Origin: Chiloscyllium plagiosum
Lineage: Eukaryota
Length of the DNA stretch: 52,731 bases
Assembly (NCBI RefSeq): GCF_004010195.1
Contig: NC_057720.1
Span: 2,175,750-2,228,480, forward strand
Direction: 5' to 3'
The translations under genes were made by a program, and so were the position numbers. Of the stretch, positions 1 through 13,171 are shown one piece after another. A model generated the notes under the pieces. That model saw only the letters and a list, made by a program, of their open reading frames with translations, did no database searches and was not told where the DNA came from. Positions within the stretch are counted from its first letter, which is position 1, and the number at the start of each line of letters is the position of its first letter.

Positions 1-775
1 TATATTTCCCTCCCCTCCCCTATCAGCGTTCTGAAAAGACCGCTCCCTCCGTGACTCCCTTGTCAGGTCCACACCCTCCACCAACCCAACCTCCACTCCT
101 GGCACCTTCCCCTGCAACCGCAAGAAATGCAAAACTTGCGCCCACATCTCACCCCTTACTTCCCTCCAAGGCCCCAAGGGATCCTTCCATATCGGCCACA
201 AATCCACCTGCATCTCCACACACATCATTTACTGCATCCGCTGCACCCGATGACACCCGAGAACACCTCTGGGACACCCGGACCAACCAACCCAACCACC
301 CCGTAGCCCAACACTTTAACTCCTCCTCCCACTCCACCAAGGACATGCAGGTCCTTGGACTACTCCATCGCCAGACCATGGCAACACGACGGTTGGAGGA
401 AGAGCGCCTCATCTTCTGCCTGGGAACGCTCCAACCACAAGGGATGAACTCAGACTTCTCCAGTTTCCTTATTTTCCCCTCCCCCCACCTTGTCTCAGTC
501 AAATCCCTCGAACTCAGCACCGCCTTCCTAACCTGCAATCATCTTCCTGACCTCTCCGCCCCACCCCACTCCGGCCTATCGCCCTCACCTTGACCTCCCT
601 CCACCTATCGCATTTCCAAAGCCTCTTCCCCCAGTCCCTTCTCCCTACCTTTTATCTTAGCCTGCTGGGCACACTGTCCTCATTCTTGAAGAAGGGCTTA
701 TGCCCGAAACATCGATTCTCCTGTTCCTTGGATGCTGCCTGACCTGCTGCACTTTCCCAGCAACACATTTTCAGC
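1..775 (+). mobile_element. Penelope-like element 3' part (GIY-YIG endonuclease remnant plus terminal repeat with degenerate hammerhead core)
   Basis: Translations include ...REHLWDTRTNQPNHPVAQHFNS...RRLEEERLIF.LGTLQP.GMN. Ends in the aagggcttatgcccgaaac...ggatgctgcctgacctgctg repeat seen many times in the window. Confidence 0.85.
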
Positions 776-779
776 ACAG

Positions 780-1214
780 ATTAATTATGGGATGAATTCC
801 CCTTGACATCCTTCCAAATGTGGTGCACCGAAAGACCGAATTATTTTATAAAGTATGGCAGACTTCTTGAATTACATAAATACAGATATTTCGGCTATCC
901 TAACAAGGGCTTTTATTTAATTGAGATTACAAACCTGGCTGGTCCGGGGCCCCTTAGGAGAGGAATCCCGCACGAATACGGGTTTTATTACATTTGATGT
1001 TAACACATTCCGAACATGTAAGAGACTTAAATATACACTCTGGTTAGTTGTAGGTTAGACTAGTAGACAGTTGAGTTTTTTTTTTCTTTTGTTAAATTTT
1101 GGCTATTGTATATTTGATTTAATTGTATATCAATGTTTGTATTTGAGAGTTTTGTTTATTTTTGTAAACTTGTAAAAATGTTAAATCTCTAATAAAAATA
1201 TCTATATAAAAAAA
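780..1214 (+). mobile_element. L1/Tx1-like LINE 3' end
   Basis: Degenerate ORF2 C-terminus (IPLDILPNVVHRKTELFYKVWQ...NTDISAILTRAFI*), T-rich 3' UTR, AATAAA at 1191 and an A-tail. Confidence 0.6.
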
Positions 1215-3060
1215 ATGACAAACAGTAGTGGCCCCAAAACTGACCTTTGCAGAACACCACTTGTAACTAAACTCCAGGATGAAGATATCCCATCAACCAC
1301 CACCATCTGCCGTCTTTCAGCTAGCCAATTTCTGATCCAAACCACTAAATCACTCGCAATCTTATGCTTCCATATTTTATGCAATAGCCTACTGTGGAGA
1401 ACCTTATCAAACGCCTTACTGAAATCCATGTACACCGCATCAACTGCTTTACCCTCCTCCACCTGTTTGGTCACCTTCTCAAAGAACTCAATAAGGTTTG
1501 TGAGGCATGACCTACCCCTCTCAAAACAGTGTTGACTATCCCATATCAACTTATTCCTTTCTAGATGAATACAAATTCCATGTCTTGTAACCTTTTCCAA
1601 TGCTTTACCCACAACCGAAATAATGCTCACTGGTCTATAATTACCAGGGGCCTACTCCCTTCTACTCCCCTTCTTGAACACGAGAATAGTATTTGCTATC
1701 CTCCAGTCTTCTGGCACTATTCCTGTAGACAATGATGACGTAAAGATCAAAGCCAAAGGCTCTGCAATCTCCTCCCTGGCTTTCCAAGGGCTAATGCCCG
1801 AAACGTCGATTCTCCTTTTCCCTAGATGCTGCCTGACCTGCTGCGCTTCTCCAGCAACACATTTCTATCTCTAAATCCCATCTGGCCCATAGAACTTATC
1901 TATTTTTACACTTTCCAGAATTGCTAATACTTCCTCCTTGTGACCTTCAATCTTGTCTAGTCTAGTAGCCTGTATCACAGTATTCCCCTCGATAACATTG
2001 TCTTTCTCTAGTGTGAATAATGACGAAAAATGTTCACTTAGAGTTTCTCCTATCTCCTTGGACTCTACGCACAACTTCCCACTACTATCTTTGATTGGCC
2101 ATAAGCTTACTCTTGTCATTCTTTTATTCCTGATATACCTATAGAAAGCCTTGGGTTTTCCTTGATCCTATCTGCCAATGACTTCTCAAGTCCTCTCCTA
2201 GCTGTTCTTAGCTCTCTCTTTCAGTCTTTCCTTTGTAACTCTCAAGTGCCCTAACTGAGCCATTGCATCTCATCCTAACAAGCCTTCTTCTTCCTCTTGA
2301 CTTTTTTAGAAAATCACGGCTCCCTCACTCGACCACTTGCTCCCTGCCTAACAGGTACATACTTATCAAGGGCATGCAGTAGCTGTTCCTTGAATAAGCT
2401 CCACATTTCAATTATGCCCATCCCCTGCAGTTTCCTTCCCCATCCTATACATCCTAAATCTTGCCTAATCACTTCATAATTGCCTCCCCCCAGCTATAAC
2501 TCTTGACCTGCGGTATAAACCAATCTCTTTTCATTGCTCAAGTAAACATAACTGAATTGTGGTCACTATCGTCAAAGTGCTCACCTACTCCAAATCTAAC
2601 ACCTGGTTCATTACCCAGTACCAAATCCAATGTGGCCTCACCCCTTGTTGGCCTGTCTATATACTGTCAGGAATGGACAAAAATGCACACAATGGACAAA
2701 AACTGACCCATCTGACCTATTGAACTATCATATTTCCAATCGATATTTGGAAAGTTAAAGTCCCCATAATGGCTACTCTGTTACACTCGCTCCCTTCCAG
2801 AATCATCTTTGCTATCCTTGCCTCTACATCTCTGGAACTATTCGGAGGCCTATAGAAAACTCCCAACAGGGTAACCTCTCCTTTACTGTTTCTAACCTCC
2901 GCCCATACTACCTCAGAAGACGAGTCCTCGAACATCCTTTATGCGATCATAATACTGTCTTTGACTAACCATGCCACACCTCCCCCTCTTTTACCATCTT
3001 TTAGAAACCTCTAAATCCAGGAACCTGCAACAACCATTCCTGTCCCTCTTGCGACCTTGA
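1215..3060 (-). mobile_element. CR1-type LINE fragment (endonuclease and RT), internally deleted, interrupted by a PLE repeat at ~1785-1870
   Basis: Minus-strand ORFs contain [28 protein letters not shown] and LLGVFYRPPNS. Confidence 0.92.
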
Positions 3061-3129
3061 AACCGTTTTCATGACCTCACTAATCTCAACCTCCTGGACG
3101 GTGGAATTGCAATTTAGGTTCCCATCCCC

Positions 3130-4730
3130 CTCCTGACTTGTGCCTTGTGGATGGTGGACAGGCTTTAGGGTGTTAGGAGTGGGTTACTTGCTGCAGTATT
3201 TCTAGCTTCTGACCTACTCATAGAGCCACTGTATTTAAATGGTAAGTCCAGTTCACTTTCTGGTCAGTGGTGACCTACTGGATGTGAACACTACTAAACA
3301 TTAAGTGGTAATGGTTAGATTGTATCTTATTGGTCATTGCCTGGTATTTGAGTGGTGTTAATGTTACTTGACACTTACCAGCCCAAGCCTCCAGATCTTG
3401 TTGAATTTGAACACAGACTGCTTCAGTATCTGAGGAGTCATGAATGATGCTGAATATTGTGAAGTCATCTCCACTTCTGGCGTTATGATGGGGCAAAGGT
3501 CATTGATGAAGCAACTAAAGATGTTTTAAAGTATCTACAAACTTTGAAGTTGTGCCCAGGACATGACCCTGAGGAAGTCCTGTGGTTGGAGGAATTGAGA
3601 TGCCACGCCTCCAGCAACTACTGCCATCATCCAATGTGTCAGGAATGACTCCAACCAGTGGAAAGTTTGCTCCCTTGATACCTATAGATTCCTGTTTTTG
3701 CTGAGGCTCCTTGATGTCACACTCAGCCCAATGAAGTCAAGGTCTGTCCCCCTCATCTCACTTCTAGAGTTCAGCTCTTTTTTCCATGTTTGAACCAAGA
3801 CTGTAAAGTGGCCTTGGTAGAACCCAAACTGGGTGTCGCTGAGCAGGTGCTGCTTGATAACACTGTTGATGATACCTTGCAACACTTTACTGATGGAGTA
3901 ATAATTGGTTGGGATGGATTTGTCTTTTTGTGTACAGAACACATCTGAGCAATTTTCCACATTGTTGGATAGATGTTGTAGCAGTTCTGGAATAACTTGG
4001 TTCAGGGTGTGGTGAGTTTTACAGCACAAGTTTAAAGTATCATTGTTGGATTGTTGGTAGGACCCATACCCTTTGCAATATCTAGTTCCTCCAGCTATTT
4101 TGTGATTTCATGAAGATCATAGAATCCATACAGTGAGGAGTGAATCAACTTGGTTGAAGATTGGCACCTGTCATACTTGTGGCCATTGGAGAAGGCAGAG
4201 ATGGATCATCCAGTTGGTGGTTCTATTTGAAGATTGTTGTGAATGTTTCAGTCTTACATTTTGCATTGATGTACTGGACTTCCCCATCATTGGGTATGGG
4301 GATATTTGTGGATCCACATGACTGGGTGTGGCAGGACTGCAGACTTCACGTGGTGTATTATTTGTGTGATGACTGATTCTCTGTCATTTGCTGTTTGTCA
4401 TGATCAGAACCCTGTGATGTAGTGTCACCAGGTTGGCATCTTGTTTTTAGGTATGCCTGGTGCTGCACCTGGCACACCCTCCTACATTTTCATTGAAGAT
4501 GGTTGATCTCTTGGCTTGATGTCAGTGGAAGAGTGGGAATATGCAGGGCCATGAAATTGAAGATTGGGTTGAAGAATGACTCTGTTGCTGCTGTTGGCTC
4601 AATTGCCTCATGATGCTCAATCTTGAGTTGCTAGATCAGTTTAAAGTCTGTCCCATTTAGCACAGTGATAGTCCCATAGAACATAATTTTTGGTATTATC
4701 AGCATGAAGTCAGGACTTCATTTATACAAT
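3130..4730 (-). mobile_element. Older non-LTR retrotransposon (CR1/L2-group RT) fragment
   Basis: Minus-strand MWKIAQMCSVHKK, LLSDTQFGFYQGH, TWKKELNSR and IQQDLEAWAGKCQVT. Confidence 0.75.
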
Positions 4731-6635
4731 ATAAATACAGTTCTAATATTAACCCAGAAGTAAAATAACTGATGTAAGTAGAATTAGCTGTGAAACAATT
4801 GGGTTATCATTAAAGAAAACTTTGGTTCACCGATGTTCTGATCCATAAAAGAATTACTGCCATTCATACCTGGTGTGGGCCTTTGTTTTAATCCGAACTT
4901 GCAGTAATGTATGTGATTCTACTGCTGGCTTCTGTAGCAGTTGTATCTGCACTTCCACCAGTGGTTCAAGAAGGTCCACTAGCAACACCTTCTCAGGATG
5001 GCTGAGAATAGATGATGAGTCTGTCTAATAAGTCTATTGGGTCGTTCTGAGAGGGGATAAATACAACTTTGTGCATGAAGCTTTGGCACAGGCCAACTTA
5101 TTATGGCTTCCAACTGAGCTCTGGGACCAGTGGGATTTGCAGGGAGATTGACTACACTGTTGCTGGCAAACGTTTTGCTCACTCTCCAATGGCCCAGTGT
5201 ACAAGGACAAAGCAGCCTTTGAAATTAAAAGAAAACATCCTGGGATTTAGTGGACTCGTTCCAGAAGCCAAAACCTAATTCTTATTTTATAATCGAATCA
5301 AAGAATGAATCCTATATTGGCTACAGCTGCCATTCACTCCATGTCCAGATTTGATCTTACCAAGAGAAACTCAGCTGGTCAAACCGTCCTACCTGTCTTC
5401 CATTGTCCTGATGTTTTGCTTTCTCTCCGGCTGCTTTCAATTCCTGACTGAAATTGCCTGTACTCCACACACACTCAGATCCTGATCACGCAGTGCATTT
5501 TAAAAAAATATTCTGTGTAATACTGTATTGCTTTTTTTCTTGCCAGTCGCCTTATAACAATGTCCTATGGTTTTTCTTGACCGTTCATCGATAGAGGGGT
5601 CTCCTTATCTACCCTTTTGGACTTTGTTTCTCTGGTTCTTCATTTTGAATGCCTCAAACCTTTTTTCAACCTTCTCCATGGCAATTTTCCTCTGCATCTC
5701 CACTTTATCCACATATGTGAAGTTCCCCATTCCTGGAAGCATGCTTGTAAGCCCTTTCTGCACCAATTCTAAACTCTTATCATTTCTAAACTGTGTTGCC
5801 CAGAATTTGATGCAGTACTGCAGCCAAGTAAGAGCTTTACTGAGGTTAACCATAACTTTCGTGCTTTCTCTTAAAATACTTCTTCAATCTGTCCTGCCAC
5901 CTTCAACTGTGTGTACAATAACATATCTCTGTACCTGCAGTCCTTTGTTACACTGCCTCTCACTTTCAGACGAATGTGTATCACTGCACACTTGTGGGCT
6001 TTATATTTCAACTGGCACATTTCTGCCTATTCCACCAACCTGTCAGTGTCATCTTGTAAATTTTGAAATTATAGCCAAAGTCTGGGTAATTCATGTAGGT
6101 CAAGAAAATCACTAGTCGTAGTACTAACACCAAACAACCTCACTGTCATCCTATTCAGACATATTCAATCATAGGAACAGGCTCTTCAGCACTGAGGAGC
6201 TGTGAGGCAACAGTGCTAACCACTGAGCCACCTGTCCCACCCTTTAAGAGCAAATTGAACAAAGAAAATTTACAGCTCAGGAACAGGCCCTTCGGCCCTC
6301 CAAGCCTGAACCGATCCAAATTTACTGTCTAAAACTGTCGATCAATTCCTAAGGTTCTGTATCCCTCTGCTCCCCACCTACTCATGCATCTGTCCAGACG
6401 TATCTTAAATGAATCTACCGTGCCTGCCTCTACTGCCTCTGCTGGCAACGTGTTCCAAATGCCCACCACCCTCTGTGTGAACTCTGAGAGAGTTTGGAAA
6501 GTGAGGAAGAACACTTCTTATGAGCTTTTAATTTCCTATTTCTCTCCTTAAAGAAATGAATCACACTTTACTCAAGCAGGGTGGAGTGAGGTGAATACAT
6601 TACTTTGTTATTGAAAAATCTCTCTTCTGTTCCAG

Positions 6636-6688
6636 GTGAAATAGACACCAGGTTCTCCTTTTGTGCTGTAGCAACTCTTGCACTATTG
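6636..6688 (+). CDS. RABGGTB: RABGGTB coding exon (equivalent to human exon 5), 53 nt
   Basis: Flanked by ttccag| and |gtaaga. Encodes (G)EIDTRFSFCAVATLALL, the conserved GGTase-II beta segment. Phase is compatible with the next exon. Confidence 0.97.
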
Positions 6689-6739
6689 GTAAGAATGGAA
6701 ACAAACTTATTGCCTGATATATATTGTGACTATGTAATT

Positions 6740-7100
6740 GTTTTATGGGCATTGAAGGCAAAGCTTCACTTGTCCATCCCTCATTGCCCTAAAATTGATT
6801 GGCTGCCTGGACCATTTCAGAGGGCAGTTAAGATCGGCCCATTTCTCTGGGTCTGGAGTCACGTGTATGCTAGATTAGGTAAACATGGCAGATTTTCTTC
6901 CCTAAAGGGCATGACTGAATCTTCTGGGTTTTTATGAAAATCGATAATGCTTACATGGTCGCTAGGTTTATTTATTCCAGATTTTTATTGAATTCTAATC
7001 TCACCATTCACCATGGTAGAATTCAAAACTATCTCCCCATGACATTAGCTAGGAGCTGGATTACTAGTCAAATGACTATCCCACTATGATAGCATTCTGA
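6740..7100 (-). mobile_element. tRNA-derived SINE (second family), degraded
   Basis: Shares ttccagatttttattgaattc and ggtctggagtcac blocks with the copy at 49030-49350. Confidence 0.6.
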
Positions 7101-7380
7101 TAGCGCCTTCTAACTATGAAGTAGGTGAACTTCCAATTGAGATGCATCTGGCATCTTTTAAACTCCCATATAAAAGGTGGGGTGCTAATGGGGTAATGAA
7201 GTTGTCCCTGAGCAGAAGCAGGTATCTAGAGGAAGGAACTCTATACATAGTTGGCAAGAGTGAAGGGCATGTGAACTTTTTATTTGCGTAGATTCACTGT
7301 TTGTTTGAGTTTCTAAAACTCACATCAATCAACCTTAATGTGCAGCTGCTTTGTAATGCCAGTACTGGGTTGTTTTCCAG

Positions 7381-7491
7381 GGGAGACTTGATGCCATCAA
7401 CCTAGAATCAGCAGCCGAATTTGTTTTATCCTGTATGAACTTTGATGGAGGATTTGGATGTCGACCAGGTTCTGAATCTCATGCCGGGCAG
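7381..7491 (+). CDS. RABGGTB: RABGGTB coding exon (exon 6 equivalent), 111 nt
   Basis: Flanked by ttttccag| and |gtaagt. Encodes [37 protein letters not shown] (prenyltransferase repeat). Confidence 0.98.
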
Positions 7492-8591
7492 GTAAGTTGA
7501 CATTGGTTTACAGTGTGAAGAGTCTAAGCTTTTAAACATTACAACTTCATTCTGGTATTAATTGATTTCCAATATAAATGCTGGATTATATAGGAAATAG
7601 AGAAACATTAATCACAGCAGATATCTCAGCATGGGGTTTTTCAACTTTCCTCTCCAATTTTATAACTAACAGACTTAATGTTTATATGGTACCTTTCACC
7701 AACTTGGAAGAGTTTTGTTTAATTTAATGGATGCTTTTTGAAAGGTTGTCACTGTCCAAACTTTGGGGAAAAATAGCAGCCAATGTGTATGCAGCATAGC
7801 CCCACAAACATCAGTATGATTGAATCAGCTATGCTATCAGATATCATGATGTTGATGGATATGTAGCATTGGCCAGGGTCAGGAAAACTCCTGGCTCTTG
7901 TTCAAAATATTCCAGTGGGATCTTTTACTTCTCAGCCCTCTCACAATATAGTGGAATAAAGGTGCAGATGCTAGAAATCTGAAACAACACAAAATGCCGG
8001 AGAAACTCAATGGGTCTCGCAGCATCTGTGGTGCCATCGCAGAATTGTTATAGCACAGAAAGAGACAATTTCCACCCATCCATGTCTGCACTGGCTCTAC
8101 CCAATGCCAATCTCCTGCCTTTTCCCCATATCCTTTCCAAAACCGTTTCTCTCAATCTCCCAATGCCCTCTTGAATTGCTCATATTCCATTTCTCCATAG
8201 ATGCCACCAGGTCAGCTCAGTTTGTCCAGAGATCTCTGCCTTTGTCTTTGACAATGCAGTGCTACTTCAGAGTAATGCACATTCAGTGTTTGCCTGGATT
8301 TTGTTATATATTTTCTGGAGTAGGATTTGAGCCTGATCTTCTGCCTCAGAAATGACAGTCCTGCTCACTGCTCCACGGTGAAATTAATGCAGCTTCCAGC
8401 TCTCCAAAAGTGAATTTGTCTAAGGAACCAAGCCTTGAAGAAGGATTTGGAGTCAAAGCAATCAGATGGTGGTTTTTCTGTATTTCTCCAGCAGCTATTG
8501 TTTTAATGCAAAAATGCTTTTGCATTTTGACTTCATATTCCCACCAGGCTTTCATTTAATCCTAGCAGTTACTGAGAAAATATCTGAGCAA

Positions 8592-9525
8592 GTTGGATGC
8601 GAGCATAAGAGGTACAGTTAGTAAGTTTGCAAATGACACCAAAATTGGAGGTGTAGTGGATAGCAAAGAGGGTTACCTCGATTACAACAGGATCTTGACC
8701 AGATGGGCCAATGGACTGAGAAGTGACAGGTGGAGTTTAATTCAGATAAATGCAAGGTACTGCATTTTGGGAAAGCAAATCTTAGCAAGACTTATACACT
8801 TAATGGTAAGGTGCTAGAGAGTGTTGCTGAACAAAGAGACCTTGGAGTGCAGGTTCATTGCTTCTTGAAAGTGGAGTTGCAGATAGATAGGATAGTGAAG
8901 AAGGCGTTTGGTATGCTTTCCTTTATTGGTCAGAGTATTGAGTACAGGAGTTGAGAGGTCATGTTGCAGCTGTACAGGACATTGGTTAGGCCACTGTTGG
9001 AATATTGCGTGCAATTCTGGTCTCCTTCCTATCGGAAAGATATTGTGAAACTTGAAAGGGTTCAGAAAAGATTTACAAGGATATTGCCTGGGTTGGAGGA
9101 TTTGAGCTATAGGAAGAGGTTGAATAGGCTGGCGCTGTTTTCCCTGGAGCGTCGGAGCTGAGGGGTGACCTTATAGAGGTTTACAAAATTGTGAGGGGCA
9201 TGGATAGGGTAAATAGACAGAGTCTTTTCCCTGGTGTTGGGGAGTCCAGAACTAGAGGGCATAGATTTAGGGTGAGAGGGGAAAGATATAAAAGAGACCT
9301 ACGGGGCAACTTCTACACACAGAGGGTGGTGTGTGTATGGAATGAACTGGAGAGAGGAAGTGATGGAGGCTGGTACAATTGCGCCATTTAAGAGGCATTT
9401 GGATGGGTATATGAATAGGAAGGGTTTGGAGGGATATGGGCCGGATGCTGGCAGGTGGGACTAGACTGTGTTGGACAGGTTGGACCGAAGGGTCTGTTTC
9501 CATGCTGTACATCTCTATGACTGTA
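8592..9525 (+). mobile_element. CR1/HER1-type LINE, 5'-truncated, with 3' end
   Basis: VSKFANDTKIGG, LVRPLLEYCVQFWSP, SLERRS; ends in a ctctatgact tail. Confidence 0.93.
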
Positions 9526-9657
9526 AGTTTTGTCTGTCCTGTAGAAACATTTTTCCACATTCCATTCTTACTGTGACAGCATGGTGTAGCATTTTTGTCC
9601 GAGGCATGAATTGTGGTGAGAGTTTTAACTGATGGGCTTTTCCGTGCTCCTGTCTAG

Positions 9658-9783
9658 ATCTATTGCTGCACGGGGTTTCTGGCTATTACAGGCCAGTTGC
9701 ACCAGGTTAATGCTGACTTGCTGGGTTGGTGGCTGTGTGAACGGCAGTTACCATCTGGAGGCCTCAATGGACGACCTGAGAAG
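9658..9783 (+). CDS. RABGGTB: RABGGTB coding exon (exon 7 equivalent), 126 nt
   Basis: Flanked by tgtctag| and |gtattt. Encodes [42 protein letters not shown]. Confidence 0.98.
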
Positions 9784-10601
9784 GTATTTGCCAAATGTTT
9801 TCTTTTAAGATAAATCAAACTGTTGCATTGTCAACTGTTTTTCTTGCATTGTCTTATGTCATAAAAATAATAATTGATTCGTTATTGCATGCCGATTACT
9901 TGATTCTCTCCACTTATTTTTAAAAAAACGAAAGATTCTTATTTTTGGTGTCTTTCACAACGTTACCCTTTCACAGCATGTTTTGCATTCAGAGATATTT
10001 TTCTTTTGAAGTGTAGTCACTGTTGTAATCTGCATTTACAATCAGATCAGCCATGGTCTTGTTAAATGGCAGGGCAGCTTAAGAGACAAAATATCCCACT
10101 GCTGCTCCAAATTCATATGTTCATAATGTGGGAAATTGGCAACCAGTGTGTGCACAGCAAGATCCCAAAAACAACAATGTGAGAATGATGAAATGATCTG
10201 TTTCAGTGTTGTTGGTTAAGGCGTGCAACCTGTTCAGGGCACCTCTCCTAAGCAGTGGATTTAAAAAGATCTCTGTTTAACCTTGCATCTGAAAGGGCAG
10301 CATATTTGACATCTTTTCCTGAAAGGAATGAGCTTTATTTTGCCCAGTTTGAACAAAATGTGACACCAGTCACACCAATTAATAGTTATAAAAAAAGAGC
10401 TATTAGAGTTTCCAAGGGATGCTTACGATATGTGTGTGATATTACCCTAATTCCATTCTCTTCAGCCAAGGAAAATGGCCTCCCTGTGTCTACCCTGTTG
10501 AATCTCATCAAAATCCTGTAAGTTTCATTTAAATCACCTCTCATTGTGCTAAACCCCAGAGGATATAGGAGAAACATACCTAGCATTTACTCAGCGACCC
10601 C

Positions 10602-11301
10602 TGTTACGTCACTGGGTAAACCCTCCTGCTTAATTTAAAACCAGCGACACAGAAAAGATGTATCCCATGCAGTAATTTGTAAAAATTTGAGTGGCCAAGA
10701 ACTATGTAAAGTAAAAATTAACAACTTTATTTCTTAAAATATATTAGAGAATAATTAACTAACCACTATTTACAATTCCTTTCTCTAACCTATCTTTTAC
10801 CTTCCCTTCTATAATGGTCCAATAAAGATTTACAAAACAACACTTCTTATCTCAAAACCAGGCAGCTGTAGGTTCTTGTCTTTGGATCTTACTGGGTCGT
10901 CTTTCCTCCTTGTTAGGAATTTCTGCGTCACAGGTTCCTGATCGAATAGGGACTTTAAGAGAAATATTTTTTCAAGCAGTCCCTTATATGTGAGGATGTG
11001 ACAGATTTCCTCTCAGCTGTTCAATTATCCCGGGTCTAATACTCCAGAGCATCAGATTGTGTCATTGGTGTTTAAGATTTGTCAGTGTACTCCACTCAAA
11101 CTTGATTGGAGTTTGATTTTTGTTGGGTATAACTTAAACTGATTAGCCAAATTTGAATTTGTTTTTGTCTCCAAGCAATGAACTAATCAAATGGTTTGAC
11201 CCAGTGTAGCATTGTTACCTTTTTTGAGTACGCTTGGTGCTGTGTCCGGTAGTTCTGCTGCTTTTGAACTCTCTCAAAGGTATATCCACATCTTCAAAAC
11301 A
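10602..11301 (-). mobile_element. Probable solo LTR inserted in a CR1 fragment
   Basis: About 700 bp with TGTTA...AAACA termini. Flanks cccc/ctcc form a near 4-bp TSD. Minus-strand AATAAA at ~10727. CR1-like sequence on both sides. Confidence 0.55.
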
Positions 11302-11344
11302 CTCCTCACCCCCCACCCCATCTCAGCCCAGGAAATAATCTAGG

Positions 11345-11575
11345 GAAATAAAAGCAAAATACTTCAGATGCTGGAAATCTGAAATATCAACAGCTAGTGT
11401 TGGAGAAACTCAGGTCTGGCAGCACTATCTGTGGAGAGATAAACAAAATTAATGTTTTGAGTCAGTTATGACCATTCTTTGGAACAAAGTTCTGAAGAAA
11501 AGTCATATTGGATTTGAAACATTACTCTGCTTTCTCCCCACAGATGCTGCCACACTTGCTGAGTTTCTTCACTTC
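11345..11575. mobile_element. Old palindromic PLE-terminus derivative
   Basis: Inverted arms (ggcagc..atctgtggagaga / ttctccccacagatgctgcc) around a decayed ctgaagaa...gaaacatta core. Confidence 0.55.
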
Positions 11576-11984
11576 CATTATTAATTTAGTGAATGTGTGT
11601 AACAACTCCTCCTAAGACATGTATATCCCTCTCTATGTTGAAATCCATGTTCAATCTCACCAATGCTCTGTACAATGGCAGCACCATTCCCTGACTCTTC
11701 TTCCAACCCCTTCTTAATAAAGATCAAAACACCATTTGCCTTCCTAATTGACCGTTGTACCTCTATCTTATCTTGATGTTTACCGTGCAAGAGCACTCAA
11801 ATCCCTCTGAACATTAGCCTGTGTTTCTCACAGTTTAAACATTTTCAGCTTTTCTACTCTTCCTATCAAACTGAGTAGCTTCTCGTTTGCCACATTTTAC
11901 TTTATCTGCTACCTTTTTACCCACTCACTTAATCGTTCTATAGATCCTTTTGTAGATTCATACATTGCCCTCACAGGTGGGTCT

Positions 11985-12170
11985 CCTCCCACAGTCCGAA
12001 CATGTGCAGGTTAGGAGAATTGGTAATGCTAAATTGCCCATGGGTATTCAGGGGTATGTAGGTTAGGTGCATTAGTCAGGGGTAAATGCAGAGTAATAGG
12101 GTAGGGGAATGGGTTTGGGTGGACTTGTTGGGCCAAATGGCCTGTTTCCACAGTGTAGGGGTTCTATGAT
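11985..12170 (+). mobile_element. HE1-like SINE 3' half
   Basis: Similar to the 3' half of the full copy at 16565-16899. Confidence 0.75.
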
Positions 12171-12239
12171 TACAAAGGACATATATCAGCGTAAGTAGAG
12201 GGTACTCTGCATCTCCTTGCCAAGTCTCACTCAGCAGCA

Positions 12240-13171
12240 GAAGTGGGTACTGCAGATGCTGGAGATTAGATTGAAATATGTGGTGCTGGAAAAACACAGC
12301 AGGCCAGGCAGCATCCGTTTAGGAGCAGGAGAATCGACGTTTCGGGCATAAGCCCTTCTTCAGGAATGAGGCTGGTATGCCAAGCGGACTGAGATAAAAG
12401 GTATGGGGGAGGGAATTTGGGAGAGGGGCGCTGGGAATACGATAGGTGGAAGGAGGTGAGGGTGAGGGTGATAGGCCGGAGGGGGGGGTGGGGGTTGAGA
12501 GGTCGGGAAGATGATTGCAGGTCAAGAGGGCAGTGCTGAATCCGAGGGTTGGGACTGAGATAAGGTGGGGGGAGGGGAAATGAGGAAGCTGGAGAAATCT
12601 ACATTCATCCCGTGTGGTTGGAGAGTTCCTAGACGGAAGATGAGGCGCTCTTCCTCCAAGCGTCTTATGGCCAGGGTCTGGCGATGGAGGAGGCCAAGGA
12701 CCTGCATGTCATTGGCGAAGTGGGAGGGGGAGTTAAAATGTTCAGCCACAGGCGGTTGGGTTGGTTGGTGTGGGTGTCCCAGAGGTGTTCCCTGAAACGT
12801 TCCGCAAGTAGGCGGCCTGTCTCCCCAATGTAGAGGAGACCACATCGGGTGCAGCGGATACAGTAAATGATGTGTGTGGAGGTGCAGGTGAATTTGCGAT
12901 GGATGCTGTCTGGCCTACTGTGTTTTTCCAGCACCACATTTTTCAACTCTGGTACTCCAGCATCTGCAGTCCTCACTTTCTTCCTACTGGAGATTAGAGT
13001 CAAGATTAGAGTGGTGCTGGAAAAGCGCAAAAGGTCAGGCAGCATCCGAGGAGCAGGAAAATCGACGTTTTGGGCGAACGTGATGAAGGGTTTTCACCCG
13101 AAATGTAGATTTTCCTGCTCCTCGGATGCTGCCTGACCTGCTGTGCTTTTCTAGCACCACTCTAATATTGA
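12240..13171 (-). mobile_element. Composite Penelope-like element: GIY-YIG remnant with several inverted terminal repeats
   Basis: Minus-strand FTCTSTHIIYCIRCTRCGLLYIGETGRLLAERFREHL. Flanked by ctcactcagcagca (12226-12239) and ctcacttagcagca (13172-13185). Confidence 0.9.
12336..12363 (-). ncRNA. Minimal hammerhead ribozyme core (PLE-associated)
   Basis: CUGAAGA-A-GGGC UUAU GCCC-GAAA-C-GUC: intact core, stem II and palindromic ACGU stem III. Stem I is weak. Confidence 0.6.

Noticed and set aside
5567..6115. 182-aa + strand ORF
   Set aside because: Antisense reading of a decayed CR1 fragment (minus strand LQYCIKFWA...LELVQK); no recognisable protein.
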